A stretch of 64,000 bases of DNA from assembly GCA_964247055.1 (NCBI GenBank), contig OZ176057.1, positions 5,208,001 through 5,272,000 on the forward strand. The letters run 5' to 3'. The DNA comes from Paragordius varius (lineage: Eukaryota; Animalia; Nematomorpha). The notes below the pieces were generated by a model. It saw nothing but the letters and a program-made list of their open reading frames with translations. It was not told where the DNA came from and made no database searches. Positions 25,330 to 39,200 of the stretch are shown in pieces. The first letter of the stretch is position 1; every line of letters starts with the position of its first letter. The position numbers were made by a program, and so were the translations under genes.

Positions 25330-27022
25330 AATATTCAACTTTTTGCTAGACTTCGTGGACAAATTAGGCTGATCTGTCTGAGGATAAATTGATCAGATTG
25401 GAGATTGTAAGGTGGGTGTCGTTATTTATTTTGACCATCTTCTGGGTCTGCCTTTACGTTTACCCTCAAACAGGCCCAGTATGATTGTTTTCTCCAATTG
25501 TTATTACGGATGACGTGGCCAAAGTAGCCTAATCTCCGTTTGTTATCATTTGAAGTAGTGTAATCTTAGCGTTTATTGCGGATCCATTCATTAGTGAGTT
25601 TGTCCGTCAATTTTTTATCAAGTAGCATTCTCCAACAGGTTTGCTTAAAAGCTTGTATAATTTTTTGGTCGGAGTTTTTGCATACCCCACTTTCACAGCC
25701 ATTGGTTGCGATTGGGAATATTAATGTAAATTTTTTTTTTCGCTATTTTATTTATTTTTCGTGAAGGCCATATCTTGCCATATTCCTTTAATTTTAGCCC
25801 TGGCTATGGCTAGTCTTCGTTTAATTTCAGGGTGTTGTATTTTATTATTAATTTCTACCCCTAAATATATGTTGTCGAGTGTTTGTTACTTTTATACAGT
25901 GTTCGTCCATTTCGATTGAGCATGTGGCATGATTTGATATGACTTTGGTTTCTGCCGAGTCAATTTCGAGGCCATGAGATTGGCTCTAAAGATATAGTTT
26001 TTCCACGAGGCGTTGTAAATCGTAATGTAAGTCAGCAAGTAGGAGGGTATCGTCCGCGTATTTAAGGTTATTATTTCTCCGCCTAATTTTACACCGATAT
26101 GATTCTCAGTATCTAACTTGGACCAGATATGTTCGGTGTAGATATTGAATAATAGTGGTAAAAGGATGCCCTGACGGGCGCCCCGATAGGAAACCAATCA
26201 GAGGTACCGTGGAATGTTTGAATACATTCCTCAGTGTTGCTGTATAAAGATCTTATTATTTGAATGAGACCAGGTGTTGTGCCATAGTGTGCTGTGAATA
26301 ATCTTGTCAAAGGCTTTTGATTAATCAATAAAACATAGATAAAATGGTTTGTTGTGTTCAATATATATATTAAGGCAGATAAGGTCCTGCAGCCTCTTCC
26401 CCTCCGAAAACCAGCTTGATTTTGTGAGATGTTATTCTCAACTTGGGATAATAATCCATAATACAATATTTATAATAATATTTTGAGGCGTGCGATATAA
26501 GCGCTATTGTTTGGTAGTTGTTGCATATTTTAGGAATGCCTTTTTTATGTATCGGTATAAGTAGAGATTTAGACCAATTGTTTGGCCAGATGCCGGATTG
26601 AAAATTTTTTTTATAAACGATTGTAAGTGTTTTAATTTAGTATTTCTATAGGGATGTCGTCTTATCCCAAAGCTTTGTTGTGAGGAAGGTATTTGATTGC
26701 ATTGTGGACCGCACTTTTTAGGATGGGTGGTTCATCTATGGGGATGTTATGGGGAGAATGTGTGACGTTTGAGTCACTGTAAGTCTTTAAAATATTGTTT
26801 CCATCTGTTAATTATATTTTTTAGTAATTTCTATCCCATTGGAATCAAGTATAGGGCCTTTCTATATATATGTTTTTGTTGCAATAATTTGTTTGACTGA
26901 GGTGAAAATATTATACCCTTTTTATTTTTATAAAATAGTTTATAGTTACCCAACGTTTTAGTGCAGATTCCACGGTACCTAATCTCCTGAATGCACAAGA
27001 AATTTAATTTTCTCACCTTCAT
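25330..27022 (-). mobile_element. Degenerate RTE-clade non-LTR retrotransposon (APE endonuclease and RT fragments)
   Basis: LNFLCIQEIRYRG (APE), NQAGFRRGRG, GARQG..LLPLLFNIYTE (RT), EGKRKGRPRRW (RTE C-terminus); many stops and frameshifts, internally deleted. Confidence 0.8.
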
Positions 27023-27267
27023 ACTTTCAGCTAATACATATAGCTTAGTTTTTAGGGAACCAACATTTATACTACTCTACAACATTTTTTATCTCTGTTT
27101 GCCCCTACACCCATGAAGCTACTTTTCACTTAAAACTCATAAAAAATGACAATACAAATAAATAAATGATAATACCGTAAATACAGTAAAATAATGATTA
27201 ATAAAGAACAGTAAAATTTATTACTTAAAAATTAAATAATAAACAAACTAAAAAATATATAAATATA

Positions 27268-30200
27268 CTAGCGTAAATCTCGTGCTGGTACGCAGCCCGA
27301 GGAAGTCCTTCGAACTTCTGGAGGGGGGGGTTATTTGAAAAAAGGGACAATAAAATGATCCACATATGTTTTCGATATTTGAAATGATTGGGTTCACCGG
27401 TTTTCCGGAAACAGATCACAAAATTACATGAGGAATCAGTTTTCAGCGGGTAGCTCCTTACCCAGCAGCTATCATCAAAGAAACCCCTGACTAAAATTTT
27501 TGCCTTTCAACAGGGAATACGTGGAATTCATATAATTTTTACGGTCTCATACCTTGGGCAAAAAAATACAATCAAAAAATTATTTTTGTGGACTGTTTTT
27601 TTTGAAAAAAATGGCATTTTACGGGGGTGGCGGGTAAAAAGAGGGCCTAAATCAAAAAAGTGAGCAGATGTTCAGCGCGATCAAAAATAAGTTAACAAAA
27701 ATCATATTTAAAATTTAATGGTCCAACACGTTCTCCAAAAAATTGACTTAACCCATTTTTCACACGGATTGGGCCCGAACTGGGGACCTAATTCCAAAAA
27801 AGGGCGAAGCTATTGTCGGGCATTCATTAATGATTATATTTTTTCGATATTTGGATTTGATTGGGTTCACCGGTTTTCCGGAAACAGATCACAAAGTTAC
27901 ATGAAAAATCAGTTTTTCGCGGGTAGCTCCTTACTCAGCATCTATCATCAAAGAAACGCTTGACTAAAATTTTTGCCTTTTAACAGGTAATACGAAAAAA
28001 CCTTCTCGAATTTTTAGAGTCTCATAACTTGGGCAAAAAATACAATCAAAAAATTATTTTTGTGGACTTTGTTTTTTTAAAAAAATGGTATTTTACGGGG
28101 GTAGCGGGTAAAAAGAGGGCCTAAATCAAAAAAGAGACTCGACTATGTTCGGCGCAATCAAAAATAAGTAAACAAAAATCATATTTGAAATTGAATGGTC
28201 CAACATGTTCTCCAGAAAATTGTCTCAAAGACACGATTTTTGTGGACTTGTGTTTTCAAGAAAAAACCCATTTTTCACACGGGGTGGGCCCGAACTGGAG
28301 ACCTATCTCAAAAAAAGGGCGAAGCTATTGTCGGGGCATTCATTAATGATTATATTTTTTCAAAGTTTGGATTTGAATGGGCTACCGTTTTTCCTGTACC
28401 AGATCACAAAGCCAGCATTTTCCATTTTTATAAATATATAGATTACCATAAATAATGTATTAATATCCATATATCTTTTAACATCCTATACATATGATAG
28501 ATACTCCTTACCGAGCAGCTATCATCAAAGAAACGCTTGACTAAAATTTTTGCCTTTTAACAGGCAATACAAAAAATCCTTCTCGAATTTTTACAGTCTC
28601 ATACCTTGGGCAAAAAAATACAATCAAAAAATTATTTTTGTGGACTTTGTTTTTTTTTGAAACTGGCATTTTACGGAGGTGGCGGGTAAAAAGAGGGCCT
28701 AAATCAAAAAAGTGAGTAGACTATGTTCAGCGCTATCAAAAATAAGTAAACAAAAATCATATTTAAAATTGAATGGTCCAACACGTTCTCCAAAAAATTG
28801 ATTTAACCCATTTTTCACACGGGGTAGGCCCGAACAGGGGACCTAATTCCAAAAAAGGGCGAAGCTATGGTCGGGCATTCATTAATGATTATATTTTTTC
28901 GATATTTGGATTTGATTGGGTTCACCGGTTTTCCGGAAACAGATAACAAAGTTACATGAAAAATCAGTTTTTCGCGGGTAGCTCCTTACTCAGCATCTAT
29001 CATCAAAGAAACGCTTGACTAAAATTTTTGCCTTTTAACAGGCAATACAAAAAATCCTTCTCGAATTTTTACAGTCTCATACCTTGGGCAAAAAAATACA
29101 ATCAAAAAATTATTTTTGTGGTTGTTTTTTTTTTGAAACTGGCATTTTACGGAGGTGGCGGGTAAAAAGAGGGCCTAAATCAAAAAAGTGAGTAGACTAT
29201 GTTCAGCGCGATCAAAAATAAGTAAACAAAAATCATATTTAAAATTGAATGGTCCAACACGTTCTCCAAAAAATTGACTTAACCCATTTTTCACACGGGG
29301 TAGGCCCGAACTGGGGACCTAATTCCAAAAAAGGGCGAAGCTATTGTCGGGGCATTTATTAATGATTAAAATTTTTCGATGTTTGGATTTGAATGGGTTC
29401 ACCGGTTTTCCGGAAACAGATCATAAAATTACATGAGAAATCAGTTTTTAGCGGGTAGCTCCTTACCCAGCAGCTATCATCAAAGAAACGCCTGACTAAA
29501 ATTTTTGCCTTTTAACAGGGAATACGTGGAATCCATATTGAATTTTTACGGTCTCCTACCTAGGGCAAAAAATAGATTTAAAAAATTATATTTGTGGACT
29601 GTTTTTTTTTGAAAAAAATGGCATTTTACGGGGGTGGCGGGTAAAAAGAGGGCCTAAATCAAAAAAGTGAGTAGACTATGTTCAGCGCGATCAAAAATAA
29701 GTAAACAAAAATCATATTTAAAATTGAATGGTCCAACACGTTCTCCAAAAAATTGACTTAACCCATTTTTCACACGGGGTAGGCCCGAACTGGGGACCTA
29801 ATTCCAAAAAAGGGCGAAGCTATTGTCGGGGCATTTATTAATGATTAAAATTTTTCGATGTTTGGATTTGAATGGGTTCACCGGTTTTCCGGAAACAGAT
29901 CATAAAATTACATGAGAAATCAGTTTTTAGCGGGTAGCTCCTTACCCAGCAGCTATCATCAAAGAAACGCCTGACTAAAATTTTTGCCTTTTAACAGGGA
30001 ATACGTGGAATCCATATTGAATTTTTACGGTCTCCTACCTAGGGCAAAAAATAGATTTAAAAAATTATATTTGTGGACTGTTTTTTTTTGAAAAAAATGG
30101 CATTTTACGGGGGAGGCGGGTAAAAAGAGGGCCTAAATCAAAAAAGTTAGTAGACTATGTTCAGCGCGATCAAAAATAAGTAAACAAAAATCATATTTAA

Positions 30201-33200
30201 AATTGAATGGTCCAACACGTTCTCCAAAAAATTGACTTAACCCATTTTTCCCACGGGGTAGGCCCGAACTGGGGACCTAATTCCAAAAAAGGGCGAAGCT
30301 ATTGTCGGGGCATTTATTAATGATTAAAATTTTTCGATGTTTGGATTTGAATGGGTTCACCGGTTTTCCGGAAACAGATCATAAAATTACATGAGAAATT
30401 AGTTTTTAGCGGGTAGCTCCTTACCCAGCAGCTATCATCAAAGAAACGCCTGACTAAAATTTTTGCCTTTTAACAGGGAATACGTGGAATCCATATTGAA
30501 TTTTTACGGTCTCCTACCTAGGGCAAAAAATAGATTTAACAAATTATATTTGTGGACTGTTTTTTTTTGAAAAAAATGGCATTTTACGGGGGTGGCGGGT
30601 AAAAAGAGGGCCTAAATCAAAAAAGTGAGTAGACTATGTTCAGCGCGATCAAAAATAAGTAAACAAAAATCATATTTAAAATTGAATGGTCCAACACGTT
30701 CTCCAAAAAATTGACTTAACCCATTTTTCCCACGGGGTAGGCCCGAACTGGGGACCTAATTCCAAAAAAGGGCGAAGCTATGGTCGGGCATTCATTAATG
30801 ATTATATTTTTTCGATATTTGGATTTGATTGGGTTCACCGGTTTTCCGGAAACAGATCACAAAGTTACATGAAAAATCAGTTTTTCGCGGGTAGCTCCTT
30901 ACTCAGCATCTATCATCAAAGAAACGCTTGACTAAAATTTTTGCCTTTTAACAGGGAATACGTGGAATCCATATTGAATTTTTACGGTCTCCTACCTAGG
31001 GCAAAAAATAGATTTAAAAAATTATTTTTGTGGACTGTTTTTTTTTGAAGCTGGCATTTTACGGAGGTGGCGGGTAAAAAGAGGGCCTAAATCAAAAAAG
31101 TGAGTAGACTATGTTCAGCGCGATCAAAAATAAGTAAACAAAAATCATATTTAAAATTGAATGGTCCAACACGTTCTCCAAAAAATTGACTTAACCCATT
31201 TTTCACACGGGGTAGGCCCGAACTGGGGACCTAATTCCAAAAAAGGGCGAAGCTATTGTCGGGGCATTTATTAATGATTAAAATTTTTTGATGTTTGGAT
31301 TTGAATGGGTTCACCGGTTTTCCGGAAACAGATCATAAAATTACATGAGAAATCAGTTTTTAGCGGGTAGCTCCTTACCCAGCAGCTATCATCAAAGAAA
31401 CGCCTGACTAAAATTTTTGCCTTTTAACAGGGAATACGTGGAATCCATATTGAATTTTTACGGTCTCCTACCTAGGGCAAAAAATAGATTTAAAAAATTA
31501 TATTTGTGGACTGTTTTTTTTTGAAAAAAATGGCATTTTACGGGGGTGGCGGGTAAAAAGAGGGCCTAAATCAAAAAAGAGACTCGACTATGTTCGGCGC
31601 AATCAAAAATAAGTAAACAAAAATCATATTTGAAATTGAATGGTCCAACATGTTCTCCAGAAAATTGTCTCAAAGACACGATTTTTGTGGACTTGTGTTT
31701 TCAAGAAAAAACCCATTTTTCACACGGGGTGGGCCCGAACTGGAGACCTATCTCAAAAAAAGGGCGAAGCTATTGTCGGGGCATTCATTAATGATTATAT
31801 TTTTTCAAAGTTTGGATTTGAATGGGCTACCGTTTTTCCTGTACCAGATCACAAAGCCAGCATTTTCCATTTTTATAAATATATAGATTACCATAAATAA
31901 TGTATTAATATCCATATATCTTTTAACATCCTATACATATGATAGATACTCCTTACCGAGCAGCTATCATCAAAGAAACGCTTGACTAAAATTTTTGCCT
32001 TTTAACAGGCAATACAAAAAATCCTTCTCGAATTTTTACAGTCTCATACCTTGGGCAAAAAAATACAATCAAAAAATTATTTTTGTGGACTTTGTTTTTT
32101 TTTGAAACTGGCATTTTACGGAGGTGGCGGGTAAAAAGAGGGCCTAAATCAAAAAAGTGAGTAGACTATGTTCAGCGCTATCAAAAATAAGTAAACAAAA
32201 ATCATATTTAAAATTGAATGGTCCAACACGTTCTCCAAAAAATTGATTTAACCCATTTTTCACACGGGGTAGGCCCGAACAGGGGACCTAATTCCAAAAA
32301 AGGGCGAAGCTATGGTCGGGCATTCATTAATGATTATATTTTTTCGATATTTGGATTTGATTGGGTTCACCGGTTTTCCGGAAACAGATAACAAAGTTAC
32401 ATGAAAAATCAGTTTTTCGCGGGTAGCTCCTTACTCAGCATCTATCATCAAAGAAACGCTTGACTAAAATTTTTGCCTTTTAACAGGCAATACAAAAAAT
32501 CCTTCTCGAATTTTTACAGTCTCATACCTTGGGCAAAAAAATACAATCAAAAAAATATTTTTGTGGACTTTGTTTTTTTTTTGAAACTGGCATTTTACGG
32601 AGGTGGCGGGTAAAAAGAGGGCCTAAATCAAAAAAGTGAGTAGACTATGTTCAGCGCGATCAAAAATAAGTAAACAAAAATCATATTTAAAATTCAATGG
32701 TCCAACACGTTCTCCAAAAAATTGACTTAACCCATTTTTCACACGGGGTAGGCCCGAACTGGGGACCTAATTCCAAAAAAGGGCGAAGCTATTGTCGGGG
32801 CATTTATTAATGATTAAAATTTTTCGATGTTTGGATTTGAATGGGTTCACCGGTTTTCCGGAAACAGATCATAAAATTACATGAGAAATCAGTTTTTAGC
32901 GGGTAGCTCCTTACCCAGCAGCTATCATCAAAGAAACGCCTGACTAAAATTTTTGCCTTTTAACAGGGAATACGTGGAATCCATATTGAATTTTTACGGT
33001 CTCCTACCTAGGGCAAAAAATAGATTTAAAAAATTATATTTGTGGACTGTTTTTTTTGAAAAAAATGGCATTTTACGGGGGAGGCGGGTAAAAAGAGGGC
33101 CTAAATCAAAAAAGTTAGTAGACTATGTTCAGCGCGATCAAAAATAAGTAAACAAAAATCATATTTAAAATTGAATGGTCCAACACGTTCTCCAAAAAAT

Positions 33201-36200
33201 TGACTTAACCCATTTTTCCCACGGGGTAGGCCCGAACTGGGGACCTAATTCCAAAAAAGGGCGAAGCTATTGTCGGGGCATTTATTAATGATTAAAATTT
33301 TTCGATGTTTGGATTTGAATGGGTTCACCGGTTTTCCGGAAACAGATAATAAAATTACATGAGAAATTAGTTTTTAGCGGGTAGCTCCTTACCCAGCAGC
33401 TATCATCAAAGAAACGCCTGACTAAAATTTTTGCCTTTTAACAGGGAATACGTGGAATCCATATTGAATTTTTACGGTCTCCTACCTAGGGCAAAAAATA
33501 GATTTAACAAATTATATTTGTGGACTGTTTTTTTTTGAAAAAAATGGCATTTTACGGGGGTGGCGGGTAAAAAGAGGGCCTAAATCAAAAAAGTGAGTAG
33601 ACTATGTTCAGCGCGATCAAAAATAAGTAAACAAAAATCATATTTAAAATTGAATGGTCCAACACGTTCTCCAAAAAATTGACTTAACCCATTTTTCACA
33701 CGGGGTAGGCCCGAACTGGGGACCTAATTCCAAAAAAGGGCGAAGCTATGGTCGGGCATTCATTAATGATTATATTTTTTCGATATTTGGATTTGATTGG
33801 GTTCACCGGTTTTCCGGAAACAGATCACAAAGTTACATGAAAAATCAGTTTTTCGCGGGTAGCTCCTTACTCAGCATCTATCATCAAAGAAACGCTTGAC
33901 TAAAATTTTTGCCTTTTAACAGGGAATACGTGGAATCCATATTGAATTTTTACGGTCTCCTACCTAGGGCAAAAAATAGATTTAAAAAATTATTTTTGTG
34001 GACTGTTTTTTTTTGAAGCTGGCATTTTACGGAGGTGGCGGGTAAAAAGAGGGCCTAAATCAAAAAAGTGAGTAGACTATGTTCAGCGCGATCAAAAATA
34101 AGTAAACAAAAATCATATTTAAAATTGAATGGTCCAACACGTTCTCCAAAAAATTGACTTAACCCATTTTTCACACGGGGTAGGCCCGAACTGGGGACCT
34201 AATTCCAAAAAAGGGCGAAGCTATTGTCGGGGCATTTATTAATGATTAAAATTTTTTGATGTTTGGATTTGAATGGGTTCACCGGTTTTCCGGAAACAGA
34301 TCATAAAATTACATGAGAAATCAGTTTTTAGCGGGTAGCTCCTTACCCAGCAGCTATCATCAAAGAAACGCCTGACTAAAATTTTTGCCTTTTAACAGGG
34401 AATACGTGGAATCCATATTGAATTTTTACGGTCTCCTACCTAGGGCAAAAAATAGATTTAAAAAATTATATTTGTGGACTTTTTTTTTGAAAAAAATGGC
34501 ATTTTACGGGGGTGGCGGGTAAAAAGAGGGCCTAAATCAAAAAAGTGAGTAGACTATGTTCAGCGCGATCAAAAATAAGTAAACAAAAATCATATTTAAA
34601 ATTGAATGGTCCAACACGTTCTCCAAAAAATTGACTTAACCCATTTTTCACACGGGGTAGGCCCGAACTGGGGACCTAATTCCAAAAAAGGGCGAAGCTA
34701 TTGTCGGGGCATTTATTAATGATTAAAATTTTTCGATGTTTGGATTTGAATGGGTTCACCGGTTTTCCGGAAACAGATCATAAAATTACATGAGAAATCA
34801 GTTTTTAGCGGGTAGCTCCTTACCCAGCAGCTATCATCAAAGAAACGCCTGACTAAAATTTTTGCCTTTTAACAGGGAATACGTGGAATCCATATTGAAT
34901 TTTTACGGTCTCCTACCTAGGGCAAAAAATAGATTTAAAAAATTATATTTGTGGACTGTTTTTTTTTGAAAAAAATGGTATTTTACGGGGGTAGCGGGTA
35001 AAAAGAGGGCCTAAATCAAAAAAGAGACTCGACTATGTTCGGCGCAATCAAAAATAAGTAAACAAAAATCATATTTGAAATTGAATGGTCCAACATGTTC
35101 TCCAGAAAATTGTCTCAAAGACACGATTTTTGTGGACTTGTGTTTTCAAGAAAAAACCCATTTTTCACACGGGGTGGGCCCGAACTGGAGACCTATCTCA
35201 AAAAAAGGGCGAAGCTATTGTCGGGGCATTCATTAATGATTATATTTTTTCAAAGTTTGGATTTGAATGGGCTACCGTTTTTCCTGTACCAGATCACAAA
35301 GCCAGCATTTTCCATTTTTATAAATATATAGATTACCATAAATAATGTATTAATATCCATATATCTTTTAACATCCTATACATATGATAGATACTCCTTA
35401 CCGAGCAGCTATCATCAAAGAAACGCTTGACTAAAATTTTTGCCTTTTAACAGGCAATACAAAAAATCCTTCTCGAATTTTTACAGTCTCATACCTTGGG
35501 CAAAAAAATACAATCAAAAAATTATTTTTGTGGACTTTGTTTTTTTTTGAAACTGGCATTTTACGGAGGTGGCGGGTAAAAAGAGGGCCTAAATCAAAAA
35601 AGTGAGTAGACTATGTTCAGCGCTATCAAAAATAAGTAAACAAAAATCATATTTAAAATTGAATGGTCCAACACGTTCTCCAAAAAATTGATTTAACCCA
35701 TTTTTCACACGGGGTAGGCCCGAACAGGGGACCTAATTCCAAAAAAGGGCGAAGCTATGGTCGGGCATTCATTAATGATTATATTTTTTCGATATTTGGA
35801 TTTGATTGGGTTCACCGGTTTTCCGGAAACAGATAACAAAGTTACATGAAAAATCAGTTTTTCGCGGGTAGCTCCTTACTCAGCATCTATCATCAAAGAA
35901 ACGCTTGACTAAAATTTTTGCCTTTTAACAGGCAATACAAAAAATCCTTCTCGAATTTTTACAGTCTCATACCTTGGGCAAAAAAATACAATCAAAAAAT
36001 TATTTTTGTGGACTTTGTTTTTTTTTTTGAAACTGGCATTTTACGGAGGTGGCGGGTAAAAAGAGGGCCTAAATCAAAAAAGTGAGTAGACTATGTTCAG
36101 CGCGATCAAAAATAAGTAAACAAAAATCATATTTAAAATTGAATGGTCCAACACGTTCTCCAAAAAATTGACTTAACCCATTTTTCACACGGGGTAGGCC

Positions 36201-39200
36201 CGAACAGGGGACCTAATTCCAAAAAAGGGCGAAGCTATGGTCGGGCATTCATTAATGATTATATTTTTTCGATATTTGGATTTGATTGGGTTCACCGGTT
36301 TTCCGGAAACAGATCACAAAGTTACATGAAAAATCAGTTTTTCGCGGGTAGCTCCTTACTCAGCATCTATCATCAAAGAAACGCTTGACTAAAATTTTTG
36401 CCTTTTAACAGGCAATACAAAAAATCCTTCTCGAATTTTTACAGTCTCATACCTTGGGCAAAAAAATACAATCAAAAAATTATTTTTGTGGACTTTGTTT
36501 TTTTTTTGAAACTGGCATTTTACGGAGGTGGCGGGTAAAAAGAGGGCCTAAATCAAAAAAGTGAGTAGACTATGTTCAGCGCGATCAAAAATAAGTAAAC
36601 AAAAATCATATTTAAAATTGAATGGTCCAACACGTTCTCCAAAAAATTGACTTAACCCATTTTTCACACGGGGTAGGCCCGAACTGGGGACCTAATTCCA
36701 AAAAAGGGCGAAGCTAAAGTCGGGGCATTTATTAATGATTAAAATTTTTCGATGTTTGGATTTGAATGGGTTCACCGGTTTTCCGGAAACAGATCATAAA
36801 ATTACATGAGAAATCAGTTTTTAGCGGGTAGCTCCTTACCCAGCAGCTATCATCAAAGAAACGCCTGACTAAAATTTTTGCCTTTTAACAGGGAATACGT
36901 GGAATCCATATTGAATTTTTACGGTCTCCTACCTAGGGCAAAAAATAGATTTAAAAAATTATATTTGTGGACTGTTTTTTTTTGAAAAAAATGGCATTTT
37001 ACGGGGGTGGCGGGTAAAAAGAGGGCCTAAATCAAAAAAGTGAGTAGACTATGTTCAGCGCGATCAAAAATAAGTAAACAAAAATCATATTTAAAATTGA
37101 ATGGTCCAACACGTTCTCCAAAAAATTGACTTAACCCATTTTTCACACGGGGTAGGCCCGAACTGGGGACCTAATTCCAAAAAAGGGCGAAGCTATTGTC
37201 GGGGCATTTATTAATGATTAAAATTTTTCGATGTTTGGATTTGAATGGGTTCACCGGTTTTCCGGAAACAGATCATAAAATTACATGAGAAATCAGTTTT
37301 TAGCGGGTAGCTCCTTACCCAGCAGCTATCATCAAAGAAACGCCTGACTAAAATTTTTGCCTTTTAACAGGGAATACGTGGAATCCATATTGAATTTTTA
37401 CGGTCTCCTACCTAGGGCAAAAAATAGATTTAAAAAATTATATTTGTGGACTGTTTTTTTTTGAAAAAAATGGCATTTTACGGGGGAGGCGGGTAAAAAG
37501 AGGGCCTAAATCAAAAAAGTGAGTAGACTATGTTCAGCGCGATCAAAAATAAGTAAACAAAAATCATATTTAAAATTGAATGGTCCAACACGTTCTCCAA
37601 AAAATTGACTTAACCCATTTTTCCCACGGGGTAGGCCCGAACTGGGGACCTAATTCCAAAAAAGGGCGAAGCTATTGTCGGGGCATTTATTAATGATTAA
37701 AATTTTTCGATGTTTGGATTTGAATGGGTTCACCGGTTTTCCGGAAACAGATCATAAAATTACATGAGAAATTAGTTTTTAGCGGGTAGCTCCTTACCCA
37801 GCAGCTATCATCAAAGAAACGCCTGACTAAAATTTTTGCCTTTTAACAGGGAATACGTGGAATCCATATTGAATTTTTACGGTCTCCTACCTAGGGCAAA
37901 AAATAGATTTAAAAAATTATATTTGTGGACTGTTTTTTTTTGAAAAAAATGGCATTTTACGGGGGTGGCGGGTAAAAAGAGGGCCTAAATCAAAAAAGTG
38001 AGTAGACTATGTTCAGCGCGATCAAAAATAAGTAAACAAAAATTATATGTAAAATTGAATGGTCCAACACGTTCTCCAAAAAATTGACTTAACCCATTTT
38101 TCCCACGGGGTAGGCCCGAACTGGGGACCTAATTCCAAAAAAGGGCGAAGCTATGGTCGGGCATTCATTAATGATTATATTTTTTCGATATTTGGATTTG
38201 ATTGGGTTCACCGGTTTTCCGGAAACAGATCACAAAGTTACATGAAAAATCAGTTTTTCGCGGGTAGCTCCTTACTCAGCATCTATCATCAAAGAAACGC
38301 TTGACTAAAATTTTTGCCTTTTAACAGGGAATACGTGGAATCCATATTGAATTTTTACGGTCTCCTACCTAGGGCAAAAAATAGATTTAAAAAATTATTT
38401 TTGTGGACTGTTTTTTTTTTGAAGCTGGCATTTTACGGAGGTGGCGGGTAAAAAGAGGGCCTAAATCAAAAAAGTGAGTAGACTATGTTCAGCGCGATCA
38501 AAAATAAGTAAACAAAAATCATATTTAAAATTGAATGGTCCAACACGTTCTCCAAAAAATTGACTTAACCCATTTTTCACACGGGGTAGGCCCGAACTGG
38601 GGACCTAATTCCAAAAAAGGGCGAAGCTATTGTCGGGGCATTTATTAATGATTAAAATTTTTTGATGTTTGGATTTGAATGGGTTCACCGGTTTTCCGGA
38701 AACAGATCATAAAATTACATGAGAAATCAGTTTTTAGCGGGTAGCTCCTTACCCAGCAGCTATCATCAAAGAAACGCCTGACTAAAATTTTTGCCTTTTA
38801 ACAGGGAATACGTGGAATCCATATTGAATTTTTACGGTCTCCTACCTAGGGCAAAAAATAGATTTAAAAAATTATATTTGTGGACTGTTTTTTTTTGAAA
38901 AAAATGGCATTTTACGGGGGTGGCGGGTAAAAAGAGGGCCTAAATCAAAAAAGTGAGTAGACTATGTTCAGCGCGATCAAAAATAAGTAAACAAAAATCA
39001 TATTTAAAATTGAATGGTCCAACACGTTCTCCAAAAAATTGACTTAACCCATTTTTCACACGGGGTAGGCCCGAACTGGGGACCTAATTCCAAAAAAGGG
39101 CGAAGCTATTGTCGGGGCATTTATTAATGATTAAAATTTTTCGATGTTTGGATTTGAATGGGTTCACCGGTTTTCCGGAAACAGATCATAAAATTACATG

